From assembly GCA_963700925.1 (NCBI GenBank), contig OY969553.1, forward strand, positions 1,983,695-2,047,694: a stretch of 64,000 bases of DNA, read 5' to 3'. A program made the position numbers and the translations under genes. Positions 38,701 through 49,187 of the stretch are shown here, in pieces. The first letter of the stretch is position 1, and each line of letters opens with the position of its first letter. The stretch is from an uncultured Actinomycetota bacterium (GTDB taxonomy: Bacteria; Actinomycetota; Actinomycetes; Actinomycetales; CAWJMD01). The notes below the pieces were generated by a model, which made no database searches, was not told the origin of the DNA, and saw only the letters and a program-made list of their open reading frames with translations.

Positions 38701-39463
38701 ACCACAGCCGTCCCCGTTCTCCCTCGAAGGCCGCGTCGCGCTGGTGACCGGTGGAACCCGCGGCATCGGACGAGCGACCGTCAGCGCGCTGGCCGCCGCC
38801 GGCGCACGCGTCGCGGTGTGCTCGCGAACCCCCGAGGCCTGCGATCAGGTCGTCGCCGAGCTGGAGCGTGACGGCGTCGAGGCGCTGGCCGTACCGGCGA
38901 ATCTCGCCCACGACGACATCGGCGGCCCGCTCGTCGAGGCGGTGATGGCCCGTTGGGGCCGCATCGACATCCTGGTCAACAGCGCTGGCGCCAACGCGCA
39001 GTACTCCCCGTTGGCGGGCAGCAGCACCAAGGCGTTCGACGCGACCTTCGCGGTGAACGTCCGCAACCCCATCCAGCTCATCTCGGCCGCTGTCGCGGGC
39101 GGGATGGGCAAGGGCGGGGCTGTGGTCAATGTGGCCAGCAGCGCCGGCATCAAGTCCGAGGCGTACCTCGGGGTCTACGCCGCCAGCAAGGCGGCCGTCA
39201 TCAGCACCACCCGCACGATGGCCCGAGAGCTCGGCCCGCTGGGCATCAGGGTGAACGCCGTCGCGCCGGGTGTGATCCGCACCGACTTCGCGCGCGTCCT
39301 GATGGAGACGCCCGCGCTGCACGACAGCGTCGTCGCGGAGACAGCGCTCGGGCGCCTGGGCGATGCCGACGAGGTGGCCGGGGCGATCGTCTTTCTCGCT
39401 TCCGACGCAGCGTCGTTCGTGACCGGCTCCGTACTCGTCATCGACGGCGGAAGGACGGCGTGA
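38693..39463 (+). CDS. SDR oxidoreductase
   Basis: TGGTRGIG, YAASK, VAPG. Confidence 0.92.
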   Translation: MSIPQPSPFSLEGRVALVTGGTRGIGRATVSALAAAGARVAVCSRTPEACDQVVAELERDGVEALAVPANLAHDDIGGPLVEAVMARWGRIDILVNSAGANAQYSPLAGSSTKAFDATFAVNVRNPIQLISAAVAGGMGKGGAVVNVASSAGIKSEAYLGVYAASKAAVISTTRTMARELGPLGIRVNAVAPGVIRTDFARVLMETPALHDSVVAETALGRLGDADEVAGAIVFLASDAASFVTGSVLVIDGGRTA

Positions 39464-39465
39464 CC

Positions 39466-40215
39466 ATGGAGCGCTTCACCGGCCGCACGGCCGTGGTCAC
39501 CGGGGGCGCCTCGGGCATCGGCGCCGCCACCGCTCGTCGGCTCGCTGCCGAGGGCGCGACCGTGGTGGTCGCGGACCTCGACGGCCTCGGGGCGAAGGTC
39601 GTCGCCTCCGAGATCGACGGGTTCGGCCTGGCCCTCGACGTCCGCGACATGGTGTCGGTCCGCGAGGCGATGGCCGAGGCCGAGCGACTCCTCGGCCGGG
39701 TCGACGTGCTGGTCAACAACGTGGGTGGAGACCGGCAGGCCTTCTTCGTGGACACCGAACCCGAGGACTGGGAGTCGGTGCTCGGCGTGAACCTGCTCGC
39801 GACGATGGCCTGCACGCGGTACGTGCTGCCAGGGATGCAGAGCCGCAAATCCGGGTCGATCGTGAACATGTCGAGTGAAGCGGGCCGCAGCGGGTTCATG
39901 TCGGCCTCGGTCTACTCGGCGGCGAAGGCGGGAGTGCTCGGCTTCACCAAGGCGATCGCCCGCGAGGGTGCCCGATACTCGGTGCGCTGCAACGCTGTTG
40001 CGCCCGGACCGATCGACACGCCCCTGCTCGCCGGGCTGGCCGAAGCAGGAGGCCTCAGCGCCCGGCTGCGCGGCGCGATGATCGAGGGCACCATGATGCG
40101 CCGCCCCGGAACGCCCGACGAGGTGGCAGCCGCAGTCGCCTTTCTGGCCTCCGACGACGCCTCGTTCGTCACCGGGCACACGCTGTCGGTCAGCGGCGGG
40201 GGCGGCGTCTCGTGA
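39466..40215 (+). CDS. SDR oxidoreductase (BadH/FabG-like)
   Basis: TGGASGIG, SSEAGR, YSAAK, PGPIDT, LSVSGG. Confidence 0.9.
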   Translation: MERFTGRTAVVTGGASGIGAATARRLAAEGATVVVADLDGLGAKVVASEIDGFGLALDVRDMVSVREAMAEAERLLGRVDVLVNNVGGDRQAFFVDTEPEDWESVLGVNLLATMACTRYVLPGMQSRKSGSIVNMSSEAGRSGFMSASVYSAAKAGVLGFTKAIAREGARYSVRCNAVAPGPIDTPLLAGLAEAGGLSARLRGAMIEGTMMRRPGTPDEVAAAVAFLASDDASFVTGHTLSVSGGGGVS

Positions 40216-40673
40216 GCGTCCTGAAAACAGACGTGCTCGACGCAGAACTCCAGCTCGTGCCGTTCGGCACCATGTCGGCCCACCTGCGCCGTCCGATCGT
40301 GCTGACAGGCACGCCGGCCGGCCACCGCCTGGTCTACGAGCTGGAGTCCGGTTGCATCGAGAGCGACCGGCTGAGGGCGACCATGGTCGGCAGCTCGTCC
40401 GCCGACTGGCTGACGGTGGGGCCTGAGGGCACCGGCACCATGGACGTCCGTGTGATGGCCCAGACCGACGACGGTGCACTGATCTTCATCCAGTACAACG
40501 GCCGTGTCGACCTGACGGACGGCATCCAGGCCGGTATGACCAAGCCGCTGTACTCCACCCCCCGCTTCGAGACCGGCGACCCTCGCTATCTCTGGCTCAA
40601 CCACATCCAGGCGGTCGGCAAGGGCCGCATGAACGGTCCCGTCCTCACCTACCAGCTCTTCGAGCTGCGCTGA
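40212..40673 (+). CDS. DUF3237-family protein
   Basis: ADWL, DVR...TDDGALI, PRFETGDPRY.WLN. Confidence 0.85.
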   Translation: MSVLKTDVLDAELQLVPFGTMSAHLRRPIVLTGTPAGHRLVYELESGCIESDRLRATMVGSSSADWLTVGPEGTGTMDVRVMAQTDDGALIFIQYNGRVDLTDGIQAGMTKPLYSTPRFETGDPRYLWLNHIQAVGKGRMNGPVLTYQLFELR

Positions 40674-40701
40674 CATGGCTGCCTGCCGCGCAACAAACAC
40701 C

Positions 40702-40735
40702 GAGCCAGGCCTGACACTTTCGTCAGGCCTGGCTC
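40702..40735. terminator. Probable bidirectional terminator hairpin
   Basis: GAGCCAGGCCTGAC-actttc-GTCAGGCCTGGCTC, 14-bp stem between convergent genes. Confidence 0.7.
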
Positions 40736-40770
40736 AGACGCCTTCTCTGCCAGCCGATCTGCCGACCTCT

Positions 40771-41997
40771 TCAGGCCTGCCAGATTCCTCCGGACGCGGG
40801 GCGCCGGTACCCGAGGATGCTGTACGCGGCGTCAGCGAGCGCCTGGCCGCGGTCGTTCAGTCCGACTCCCGGTCCCTGGCGCGTCATCACGTAGCCGAAG
40901 GACATCCGGGCCCGCGGGTCGGCGAACCCGATGGATCCACCGAAACCGATGTGCCCGAAGGCTTCCTCCGACAGCAGGACCCCTTCGGAGTCGGCCGGCG
41001 GCAGGTGGCTGTTGTCGCACGCCTTTACGAAGCCGAGGCTGAACCGGCTCGGGATCTGGACCATCGCGTCGAGGGACGACGAGGAGCTCACGGAGCTCAT
41101 CGGCCCGATCTGGAACTCGTCGACCAGTCGCACGCCGTCGACCTCTCCACCGACTGCCAGGGGCCGGTACATCAGGGACAGGCCGCGGGCGTTGGTGATG
41201 CCACCGACCGACCCCATCACCGCCGCGTGCGCCTCCCGGGTATCGGCCTCGCCCGGCTCCATGTACCCGCCGTTGTGCAGCAGCATCAGGCCGGGGAGCG
41301 ACGCGGGATCGGTGAACGCGGCGACGTAGACGCTGGGTACCGGGGCGCCGGGTGCGGTGAGGTCGGCGGGGATCGTGTGCGCCACCCGTCCCTCCTGGTC
41401 CTCGGGCAGACCGAGGAAGAAGTCCAGCCCGAGGGGCTCCGCGACCTCCTTGCGGAAGAACTCGTCGAGCGGCACGCCGGAGACCCGTCGCACGACCTCG
41501 CCGACAAGGAAGCCGAAGGTCAGCGCGTGGTATCCGTGCCGGGTGCCGGGCTCCCACAGCGGCTCCGCCTCGGCGAGGGTGTTCACCATGAAGTCCCAGT
41601 CGTAGAACGCGCCACGCGGAATCGGCTGGCGCAGAGCCGGAAGGCCGGCCTGGTGGTTCAGCAGGTGGCGGACGAGCACGCCGTCCTTGCCGTTCTTGGC
41701 GAAGTCGGGCCAGTAGGTGCTCACCGGCGCGTTCAGGTCGAGCTGGCCGCGCGACGCGAGGATGTGCGCGCACAGCGCCGTCGCGCCCTTGGTGGCGGAC
41801 CAGACGTGCACCAGCGTGTCCGCGGTCCACGGCGCCTGCGTCTGGGGGTCGGCCACGCCGCCCCACAGGTCGACAACAGTTGTGCCGTTCACCGTGATGT
41901 GGACGGCAGCGCCGGTCTCGTCGCGCTCCCTGACGTTCTGCTCGAAGGTCTCTCGTACAGCGGCGAACTCCGGTGCGCAGGTGCCGTCGACCGACAT
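40771..41997 (-). CDS. Serine hydrolase/family VIII esterase
   Basis: WSATK, LLNHQAGL, GYHALTFG, FGHIGFGGS. Confidence 0.92.
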   Translation of the reverse strand: MSVDGTCAPEFAAVRETFEQNVRERDETGAAVHITVNGTTVVDLWGGVADPQTQAPWTADTLVHVWSATKGATALCAHILASRGQLDLNAPVSTYWPDFAKNGKDGVLVRHLLNHQAGLPALRQPIPRGAFYDWDFMVNTLAEAEPLWEPGTRHGYHALTFGFLVGEVVRRVSGVPLDEFFRKEVAEPLGLDFFLGLPEDQEGRVAHTIPADLTAPGAPVPSVYVAAFTDPASLPGLMLLHNGGYMEPGEADTREAHAAVMGSVGGITNARGLSLMYRPLAVGGEVDGVRLVDEFQIGPMSSVSSSSSLDAMVQIPSRFSLGFVKACDNSHLPPADSEGVLLSEEAFGHIGFGGSIGFADPRARMSFGYVMTRQGPGVGLNDRGQALADAAYSILGYRRPASGGIWQA

Positions 41998-42053
41998 GGT
42001 TGCCTCCCTGGGGCGAGTGGTGAGGCACAGCACAGCAGCCGCACCGACCCCTC

Positions 42054-42078
42054 GTCAGTGGGGATCACTCAACACCTA
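42054..42078 (-). promoter_or_regulatory. Putative LuxR-AAA activator site, copy 1
   Basis: Minus strand TAGGTGTTG-agtga-TCC-c-CACTGAC. Confidence 0.55.
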
Positions 42079-42125
42079 GCGAGAGGCCCATCAACAACAG
42101 CAACAGCGCGGACGGGGGCGCCGGC

Positions 42126-45036
42126 ATGACCGGGCCACTCGAGCTGGTCGGACGCGACAGCGAGCTCGCCCGGGTCGTCGCGTGCGCGGAAGCGGTCGTG
42201 TCGAGCGGTCTCGGCGTGGTCGTCGTCTCCGGTGAGCCGGGCATCGGCAAGTCGACCCTGCTCGCCGAGGTGAGCAGGCGGCTTGCCGAGCGCCGGTGGC
42301 ACACCTGCGAGGTGGTCGCCGACGAGCTGCACGGCCGCACCCCCTACTCGGCGCTGGTCGAGGGGGCTCGCTCGCTGGCCGGTCGCATCGACAACAGCTG
42401 GTCGGAACGCCTTCGACGCGAGGCGGTTTCGGCGCTCGACGTGTTCGACGCGGGCCAGGTCGACGACGGGGGTGCCTGGTTCGGCCGGGCCGAGGAGGCG
42501 TTCACGCGACTGGTGACCTCGCTGGCCGCCGTAGGGCCTGTCGCCGTCACGGTGGACGACGCGGACTTGCTCGACGAGGACTCGGTAGCCCTCCTGACGG
42601 TGCTGCTGCGACGCCTGAGGACCGCCCCGGTCGTGCTGCTGCTCACTGCTCGACGCCACCCCCTGCGCCCGAGCCTCGTGCTGGAGCTGATGCTCGACAG
42701 GCTGAGCGCGGTGGCCGACGTCGAGCGAGTCGAGCTGGAGGCCTGGGGATCCGACGACGTCGCCGCAGGGATCACTCCCGCGCTCGGCGCCGCACCCGAC
42801 CAGGACCTCGCCGACGAGGTGCACTTCAGGTCGGACGGGAACCCCCTGCTGGCCATCGAGATCGCGAGGTCGCTGACCGAGCAGCGGCTGGTGACGGTGG
42901 ACGGCCAGGACGGCCAGGACGGCCAGAACGGCAGGAGGGCAGAACGGCACCGCCAGGCTGGCTCGGCCCGTCGACGACCTGCAGCTCAGCGGCCGAGACA
43001 TGCTCCTGCGCCGACTGGCTCCGCTCGACCCGTCGGTCCAGGCAGTGGCGCGGGCCGCCGCGGTGCTGCGGCGACTGCGGGTGGACGAGCTCGGGCTGCT
43101 GGCCCGGGTCACCGGACTGGACGAGGACGCGACCGCACACGCATTCGACGCGCTCGTCGACGCCGAGGTGCTCTGCCAGGTCGCCGGGTCGGCCGGCAGC
43201 GTGTTCGCGTTCTCCCACGGCCTGGTGGCCGACGCCCTGTACGAGGCGACCGGCCCGGCGGAGCGCGCCAGGTTGCACCGGGCCGCCGCCGAGCAGCTAC
43301 GCGACGCCCAGGCCGCCGGCCTGCCGGTCGACCTGCTGCAGCTCGCCGACCACCTCAGTGCGTCCGCGCTGCCGGGTGACCTGGCCGCCGCGAAGACGCT
43401 GACGCAGGCAGCGGACCTCGCCCGGACCCTTGCCCCGGCCCGAGCCGCCCACCTCAGCGAGCGGGCTCTTCAGCTGCTGCCCTCCGGTGCACCCGGACGC
43501 GCGCTGGTGCTGTCCACGCACTGCCGATCCCTCGCCAGGGCGTCGCGACCAGCCGACGCTGTGGTGGCGGGCCTCGCCGCCCTGGCCGAGCTGGCGCCCG
43601 GTGACACGCGCACCCGCACGGCAACTGCCGTGGTGAGCTGCCTGTTCGGTGCCGGGAGGCTGCAGGAGGCGCTCGACGTGGTGGACGGTGAGGTCGGACG
43701 CGGCCCCCTGCCCGCCGTCCTGCACGCACAGCGGGCACTGCTCCTGGTGTTCGCCAACCGCTGCGTCGAGGCGGTCGCCGAGGTCGCGCGGACCCGGCAG
43801 CTCGTCGATGGTGCCCACGGTGAGGTGTCCCCGTCCGAACGAGTCGTCGTGATGAGCCAGCTCGGTGTCGTGACCTCGATGCTGGCCCGTCAGGACGAGA
43901 CGGTCACCTACGCCGACGAGGCGCTGGCGGCGGCCGGCACGTCACGCACCCTGCGCATGCAGGCCCTTGCCGTGGGGGCGTGTACCGGAGCGCTGGCCGG
44001 TCTGGTCGAGGACGCGACCTCGCGGCTGCGGCGCGCCGACGACATCCGGGCCGAGGTGGCTCTGGACGGCACGGTGCGACCGGCGCGAGAGCGCATGACG
44101 GACAGTGCCGTTCCCTTCCGCGGCGAGCTGCTGGTGGCATCGATCGCCGTGGACTGGCTCGGCGGACGGTGGGACGGCGCGCTGGAGGGGATCGGCCGCG
44201 TCGCGTCGGAGCTTCGCGACAGCCAGACCGTGCTGCTGGCCGGTGCCACGAGGGCGATCGAGCTGCACGTGCGGACCTGGCGTGGCGAGCTCGACCTCGC
44301 CGCGAAGATCGCCTCCGAGCCACCGCCGGCACCTCGAAACATGGCCAACCTGTACGCGATCGCCCTGTCTGACTACCTGGCGGCACGTGGCGACCTGGAG
44401 AGCGCGGTGAAGGTCGTGGACGAGGCCGTCGACGACCCGAGGACCGCGCCCTACAGCTGCGTGCTGCTGGGCAGTCTGGTCGACCTGCACCTGAGGGCCG
44501 GTGACCACTCTCTGGCGACCGAGGCGCTCACGACGCTCGAAACCGTTGGTGGCGAACGGGTCTCGCCGTGGTCGCGAAGCGTCCTTCACCGGGCGCGTGG
44601 CCAGGTGCACAGGGACCCGGCGGCCCTGCGAGCCGCCGCCGAGGTGGCCGCCCAGGGTGGGCTGGTTCTCGAGCAGGCGACCTCGCAGCTCGCCCTCGGC
44701 CTGATGGTGGACGACGCGGCGGACGAGTTGGTGGAGGCGTACCGCACCTTCCAGGGGCTCGGCGCGCACGGTCTGCGCCGGACCGCCGGCGCCCGGCTGC
44801 GCGAGCTCGGCGCCAAGGTGCCACGAGGCCGGGCACGTGGCGCCGGTGTGCTCACCGGGTCGGAGGAGCGGATCGCGCGGCTCGTGCAGCAGGGGATGCG
44901 CAACCGCGAGATCGCGGCGGCGCTGCACTACAGCCCCCGAAGCGTCGAGGTTTACCTCTCCCGCGTCTACGCGAAGCTCGGGATCTCGTCGCGCCTCGAG
45001 CTGGCTCGCGCGCTCGACACGCTCGATCGTCCATAG
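42126..45036 (+). pseudogene. Large ATP-binding LuxR-family (LAL) regulator, frameshifted at about 42927-42942
   Basis: GEPGIGKS, VDDA, GNPL in the first ORF; FSHGLV and LuxR HTH in the second; shift lies in a 9-bp repeat. Confidence 0.8.
42900..42948 (+). repeat. 9-bp tandem repeat (GACGGCCAG)3 plus two 8-bp variants
   Basis: gacggccag x3, aacggcag, gagggcag, aacggc. Confidence 0.85.
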
Positions 45037-45046
45037 GTACCGGCCG

Positions 45047-45071
45047 TAGGTGTTGTGGTGTCCGCACTGAC
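45047..45071 (+). promoter_or_regulatory. Putative LuxR-AAA activator site, copy 2
   Basis: TAGGTGTTG-tggtg-TCC-g-CACTGAC. Confidence 0.55.
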
Positions 45072-45168
45072 ACGACCATCGGCCGACCCGATGTGATGAC
45101 GGCGAGAGTGTTGTCGGTGTTGTCGGCGTTTCCGGTGATGTGTGGCGGAAACCGGTGAAAGGGTGACG

Positions 45169-46122
45169 ATGAGAGCGATCCAGATCTCCGAGTACGGCGG
45201 CCCCGAGGTCCTGCAGCCCGCTGAGCTGCCGGAACCGGAGGCCAAGCCGGGCTTCACGCTGGTCCGGGTCGCCGGCGCCGGCGTGAACTACGCCGACACG
45301 CACCAGGTCGAGAACTCCTACCTCAGCCCCACCACGCTGCCTCTCGTGCCCGGCGGCGAGGTCGTGGGCACGGCGCCTGACGGGCGTCGCGTCGTCGCGC
45401 TACTGCCTTTCGGCGGCTACGCGCAGCTCGCCACCGCCGCCGACTCGCTGGTCTTCGACGTCGACGACAAGGTCGACGACGGCCAAGCCCTCTCGCTGGT
45501 GCTGCAGGGCGTCACGGCGTGGCACCTGCTGCGGACCACCTGCCACCTGGAGAAGGGGGAGACGGTCGTCGTGCACGCGGGGGCCGGAGGGGTCGGGTCG
45601 ATCGCGGTGCAGCTGGCACGGCACTACGGCGCCGGACGGGTCATCGCCACCGCGTCCACACCCGCGAAGCGCGACCTGGCCATCGAGCTGGGCGCCGACG
45701 TCGCGATCGACGGCTCGCCGGAGGCTCTGCGCGACCGGCTGCTCGAGGCGGCGGGCGGTCGCGGTGTCGACGTGGTCCTGGAGATGGTCGGCGGCTCCGT
45801 GTTCGACGAGTCGGTTCGCGCGCTGGCACCGTTCGGGCGGCTGGCGACGTACGGCCAGGCATCGCGCAAGCCACCGTCGCTGGTCGACCCGGGGGGCCTG
45901 ATCGCCAAGTCGCGCACCGTCGGCGGGTTCTGGCTCGGGCATCTCTACGCGCGGCCGGACCTGATCGCCGAGCCACTGGGCGAGCTGATGGGGCTGGTGG
46001 TCGACGGCACGCTGCGGCCGGTCGTCGGCGGTCGGTACCCGCTCTCGCAGGCCCGGCGGGCGCACGAGGATCTCCTCGGCCGTGCCACCACGGGCAAGCT
46101 CGTCCTGGACCCAGAGGGCTGA
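45169..46122 (+). CDS. MDR-family NADPH:quinone oxidoreductase
   Basis: YGGPEVL, GVNYAD, HAGAGGVG, TTGKLVL. Confidence 0.92.
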   Translation: MRAIQISEYGGPEVLQPAELPEPEAKPGFTLVRVAGAGVNYADTHQVENSYLSPTTLPLVPGGEVVGTAPDGRRVVALLPFGGYAQLATAADSLVFDVDDKVDDGQALSLVLQGVTAWHLLRTTCHLEKGETVVVHAGAGGVGSIAVQLARHYGAGRVIATASTPAKRDLAIELGADVAIDGSPEALRDRLLEAAGGRGVDVVLEMVGGSVFDESVRALAPFGRLATYGQASRKPPSLVDPGGLIAKSRTVGGFWLGHLYARPDLIAEPLGELMGLVVDGTLRPVVGGRYPLSQARRAHEDLLGRATTGKLVLDPEG

Positions 46123-46127
46123 GACCC

Positions 46128-48008
46128 ATGAGCCAGACAGCAAGAGAGACACAGACCGCAAGCGAGCCACAGACAGCGAGGACCCTCGCCGACGCCGCCC
46201 TCGTCGCCGGTGCGTCCTTCGGCGACGACCCCGCGCTGCAGGTCAAGGTCGACGGCGAGTGGCGGCAGGAGTCGTTCGCCGAGCTGGCCGCCGCTGTGCG
46301 CGACCTGGCGGCCGGGTTGGTGCTGCAGGGCGTCCAGCCCGGAGACCGCGTCTGCGTGCTGGCGCAGACCCGGCCGGAGTGGACGAAGGTGGCGCTGGCC
46401 GTGCTGGCGGCCGGAGGGGTCGTCGTCCCGATCTACGCCTCCAGCTCACGGCAGGAGTGCGCCTGGGTGATCGGCAACTCGGGCGCCTCGCTCGTGGTCT
46501 GCGAGGGGGTGGACGAGGTCGAGCGCGTCGAGTCGCTGACCGACCTGCTCGAGATCGTGCCGCCGATCCTGGCCATGCAGGACTGTGACGGCGAGGCGGT
46601 CACCATCGCCGAGCTGGGACAACAGGGGGCAGACCAGGGGACAGACTCAGGCGCCGAGGAAGAGCTCGAGCGTCGTCGCGCGGCGGTCCAGGTCGACGAC
46701 CCGGCCGTCATCATCTACACCTCGGGGACGACCGGGCCGCCGAAGGGTTGCGTTCTGACACACCGCAACTGGATCCGGATCGGTGAGCTGACCGAGGAGC
46801 TCTCGTACATCCGCTACGGCGACGTCGTGTACCTGTTCCTGCCGCTCGCCCACGTCTTCGCGCAGATGGTGCAGTTCGCCAGCGTGAGCATCGGCGCGAC
46901 CCTCGTCTACTGGGGCGGCGACATGACGCGCATCGTCGCGGAGGTCGGCGAGGTCAGGCCGACGTTCCTGCCGTCCGTCCCCCGCATCTTCGAGAAGCTG
47001 CATGCGGCGATCACGGCCGGCCTGCCACCCGAGACGGTCGCGCAGGCGACCCAGGTGGGCCTGGCGGTCAGGTCGATGCAGCGGCGGGGCGATGAGGTCC
47101 CGGCCGAGACGTCGGCGGCCTTCGAGGCGCTGGAACCGTTGTACGCCAAGGTGCGTGGCATCTTCGGTGGCCGCCTGCGCCAGGCCCTGTGCGGCGGGGC
47201 ACCCATCTCCAAGGACGTGCTCGAGTTCTTCCACGCCGCCGGCGTGCCGGTGCTGGAGGGCTACGGGCTGACCGAGACCACTGGTATCGGCACGGTCAAC
47301 ACGGTCGACTCCTTCAAGGCCGGGAGCGTCGGGGTAGCCACGCCCGGCGTCGAGCTGCGCCTGATGCCGGACGGCGAGATCGAGATGAAGGGCCCCCACG
47401 TGTTCGCCGGCTACTGGGGCGACGCCGGTGCGACGGCCCACAGCGTCGTCGACGGCTGGCTGCGGACCGGCGACCTCGGCGTCGTCGACGACGACGGCTT
47501 CGTACGGATCGTGGGTCGCAGCAAGGACATCATCATCACGTCGGGTGGCAAGAACATCAGCCCGGCGAACCTCGAGAACGACCTCAGGCACTCGCCCTGG
47601 ATCTCGCAGGCGCTCGTGTACGGCGACCGCCGCCCCTACCTGGTGGCGCTGGTGACTCTGGACCCGGAGATGATCTCTGCCTGGGCCGCCGGGCACGGTG
47701 TCACCGCCGGGCCGGGCGGGCTCGCCGAGGCGCCGGAGGTTCGGGCGTTGGTCGAGCAGGTCGTCGAGCAGGTGAACGACCGTTACGCGCGCGCCGAGCA
47801 GATCAAGCGGTTCGCCATCTTGCCGCGCGACCTCTCCCAGGAGGACGGCGAGCTGACGCCGAGCCTGAAGGTGAAGCGCAAGGTCGTGCACGACCGGCAC
47901 CTCGACCTGATCTCGGCGCTCTACTCCGGTGCCGGCTCAGAAGGCGCCAGCCCTGAAGTCGCCCAGGCCGACGGTGTCGGTGCTGGGGTGGGCGCCGGCA
48001 CGCCGTAG
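46128..48008 (+). CDS. Long-chain fatty acid-CoA ligase
   Basis: YTSGTTGPPKG, EGYGLTET, RTGDLG, ELTPSLKVKR. Confidence 0.93.
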   Translation: MSQTARETQTASEPQTARTLADAALVAGASFGDDPALQVKVDGEWRQESFAELAAAVRDLAAGLVLQGVQPGDRVCVLAQTRPEWTKVALAVLAAGGVVVPIYASSSRQECAWVIGNSGASLVVCEGVDEVERVESLTDLLEIVPPILAMQDCDGEAVTIAELGQQGADQGTDSGAEEELERRRAAVQVDDPAVIIYTSGTTGPPKGCVLTHRNWIRIGELTEELSYIRYGDVVYLFLPLAHVFAQMVQFASVSIGATLVYWGGDMTRIVAEVGEVRPTFLPSVPRIFEKLHAAITAGLPPETVAQATQVGLAVRSMQRRGDEVPAETSAAFEALEPLYAKVRGIFGGRLRQALCGGAPISKDVLEFFHAAGVPVLEGYGLTETTGIGTVNTVDSFKAGSVGVATPGVELRLMPDGEIEMKGPHVFAGYWGDAGATAHSVVDGWLRTGDLGVVDDDGFVRIVGRSKDIIITSGGKNISPANLENDLRHSPWISQALVYGDRRPYLVALVTLDPEMISAWAAGHGVTAGPGGLAEAPEVRALVEQVVEQVNDRYARAEQIKRFAILPRDLSQEDGELTPSLKVKRKVVHDRHLDLISALYSGAGSEGASPEVAQADGVGAGVGAGTP

Positions 48009-48011
48009 CTG

Positions 48012-49187
48012 TCAGGCGAGAAGCTGGGCGTTGATGCGGCCCGGGAAGCGCACGCTGAACCGGGCGGACCCCAGCCAGGTCTGGACCTCGTCGAGTCGTC
48101 GGTCAACCTCGGCGCGCCGCTTCTTGGCCACGGGCACGAAGTAGTGGGTGCGCATCTCGCCGTCGGGTCGCCGCGCCCAGGCGCCGACCACCCGGCCGTC
48201 CACCCAGATCGTCGGCCCGGCGTTGCCGTTGCGGTCGAACGCGTCGGCCGCCTCGTCCGGCAGGTACCATCCGCGCTCCTTCCAGCCCATCGTCGTCGGG
48301 TCGAGGCCGGGCAGCACCTCGACCCACGGCTCGACCGGCTCGACGGGGGCCTCGTCACCGGCGGCGACCCACCCTTCGGCGCCGTCGAGGTCGACCGGGA
48401 CCGCGCCGCAGTCGGCGAGCGCCCGGCGCATCGTGACCACCGCCCAGCCCATCCACCACCGCAGGTCGAGCGACGTGGCAGGGCCGAACCGCCGCAGCCA
48501 CTGGTCGGCGAGGCCGCGCGCCGCTTCGCGCGTGTCGAGATCGCCCAGCCCACCGTCCATCCAGTCGTCCATCGCCGCCCACGTGTACTGGCCGTTCACC
48601 CACGTCCCGGTCGGACGGGTGCGCACCAGCACCCCGTCGAAGCCGAGCCCGGAGAGCACGCGGACGTGAGCGTTCTGCGTGCCCGCCCACGGCGTTCCCG
48701 TGGCGAGATGCAGGGGGTGGATCAGGGCTGGAACGAGGCGTCCGAGCTGCCTCGTGGTCATGGAGCCGTGTTCGTGCAAGACGGCGAGCAGGTCGTCTCG
48801 CGCAGCCGCGAGCCACGCATCACCGTCGTCAATGCCGTTCTCCTGCAACATCTTCACCGTGCGCCGGTGCTCGGCGGCGGCCACCGAGCGCGTGGCCGCT
48901 GCGTGCATCCGTCGCACGGTCGGCGGGGTGGCGACCCAGAGGGTGCGGCGCATGGCGTGCTGCCGCACCACGACGCGGTCGTCGTAGAGCGCCTTCTCGA
49001 CCGCGTGCACGGACGGGTTGACCATGCGCGTCATCGCCGAGAGGAACACGGTCACGGGGTCGCTGGAATGCAGGGCGACGAGATCGTCTGCGATCGCTCC
49101 GATGTCGTCGGTGTGAAGGGACGGCAGCAGCCGGTGCCGGCGCGCGAGCCGGGCCCGCCGCTCGTCGGTGTCGATCCGCCGGGTCAC
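48012..49187 (-). CDS. AlkZ-like (HTH_42) winged-helix DNA glycosylase-family protein
   Basis: LHSSDP, AMRRTL, WLRRFGPAT..DLRWW, LLP-type LDP..MGWKER, DGRVVG.W. Confidence 0.8.
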   Translation of the reverse strand: MTRRIDTDERRARLARRHRLLPSLHTDDIGAIADDLVALHSSDPVTVFLSAMTRMVNPSVHAVEKALYDDRVVVRQHAMRRTLWVATPPTVRRMHAAATRSVAAAEHRRTVKMLQENGIDDGDAWLAAARDDLLAVLHEHGSMTTRQLGRLVPALIHPLHLATGTPWAGTQNAHVRVLSGLGFDGVLVRTRPTGTWVNGQYTWAAMDDWMDGGLGDLDTREAARGLADQWLRRFGPATSLDLRWWMGWAVVTMRRALADCGAVPVDLDGAEGWVAAGDEAPVEPVEPWVEVLPGLDPTTMGWKERGWYLPDEAADAFDRNGNAGPTIWVDGRVVGAWARRPDGEMRTHYFVPVAKKRRAEVDRRLDEVQTWLGSARFSVRFPGRINAQLLA

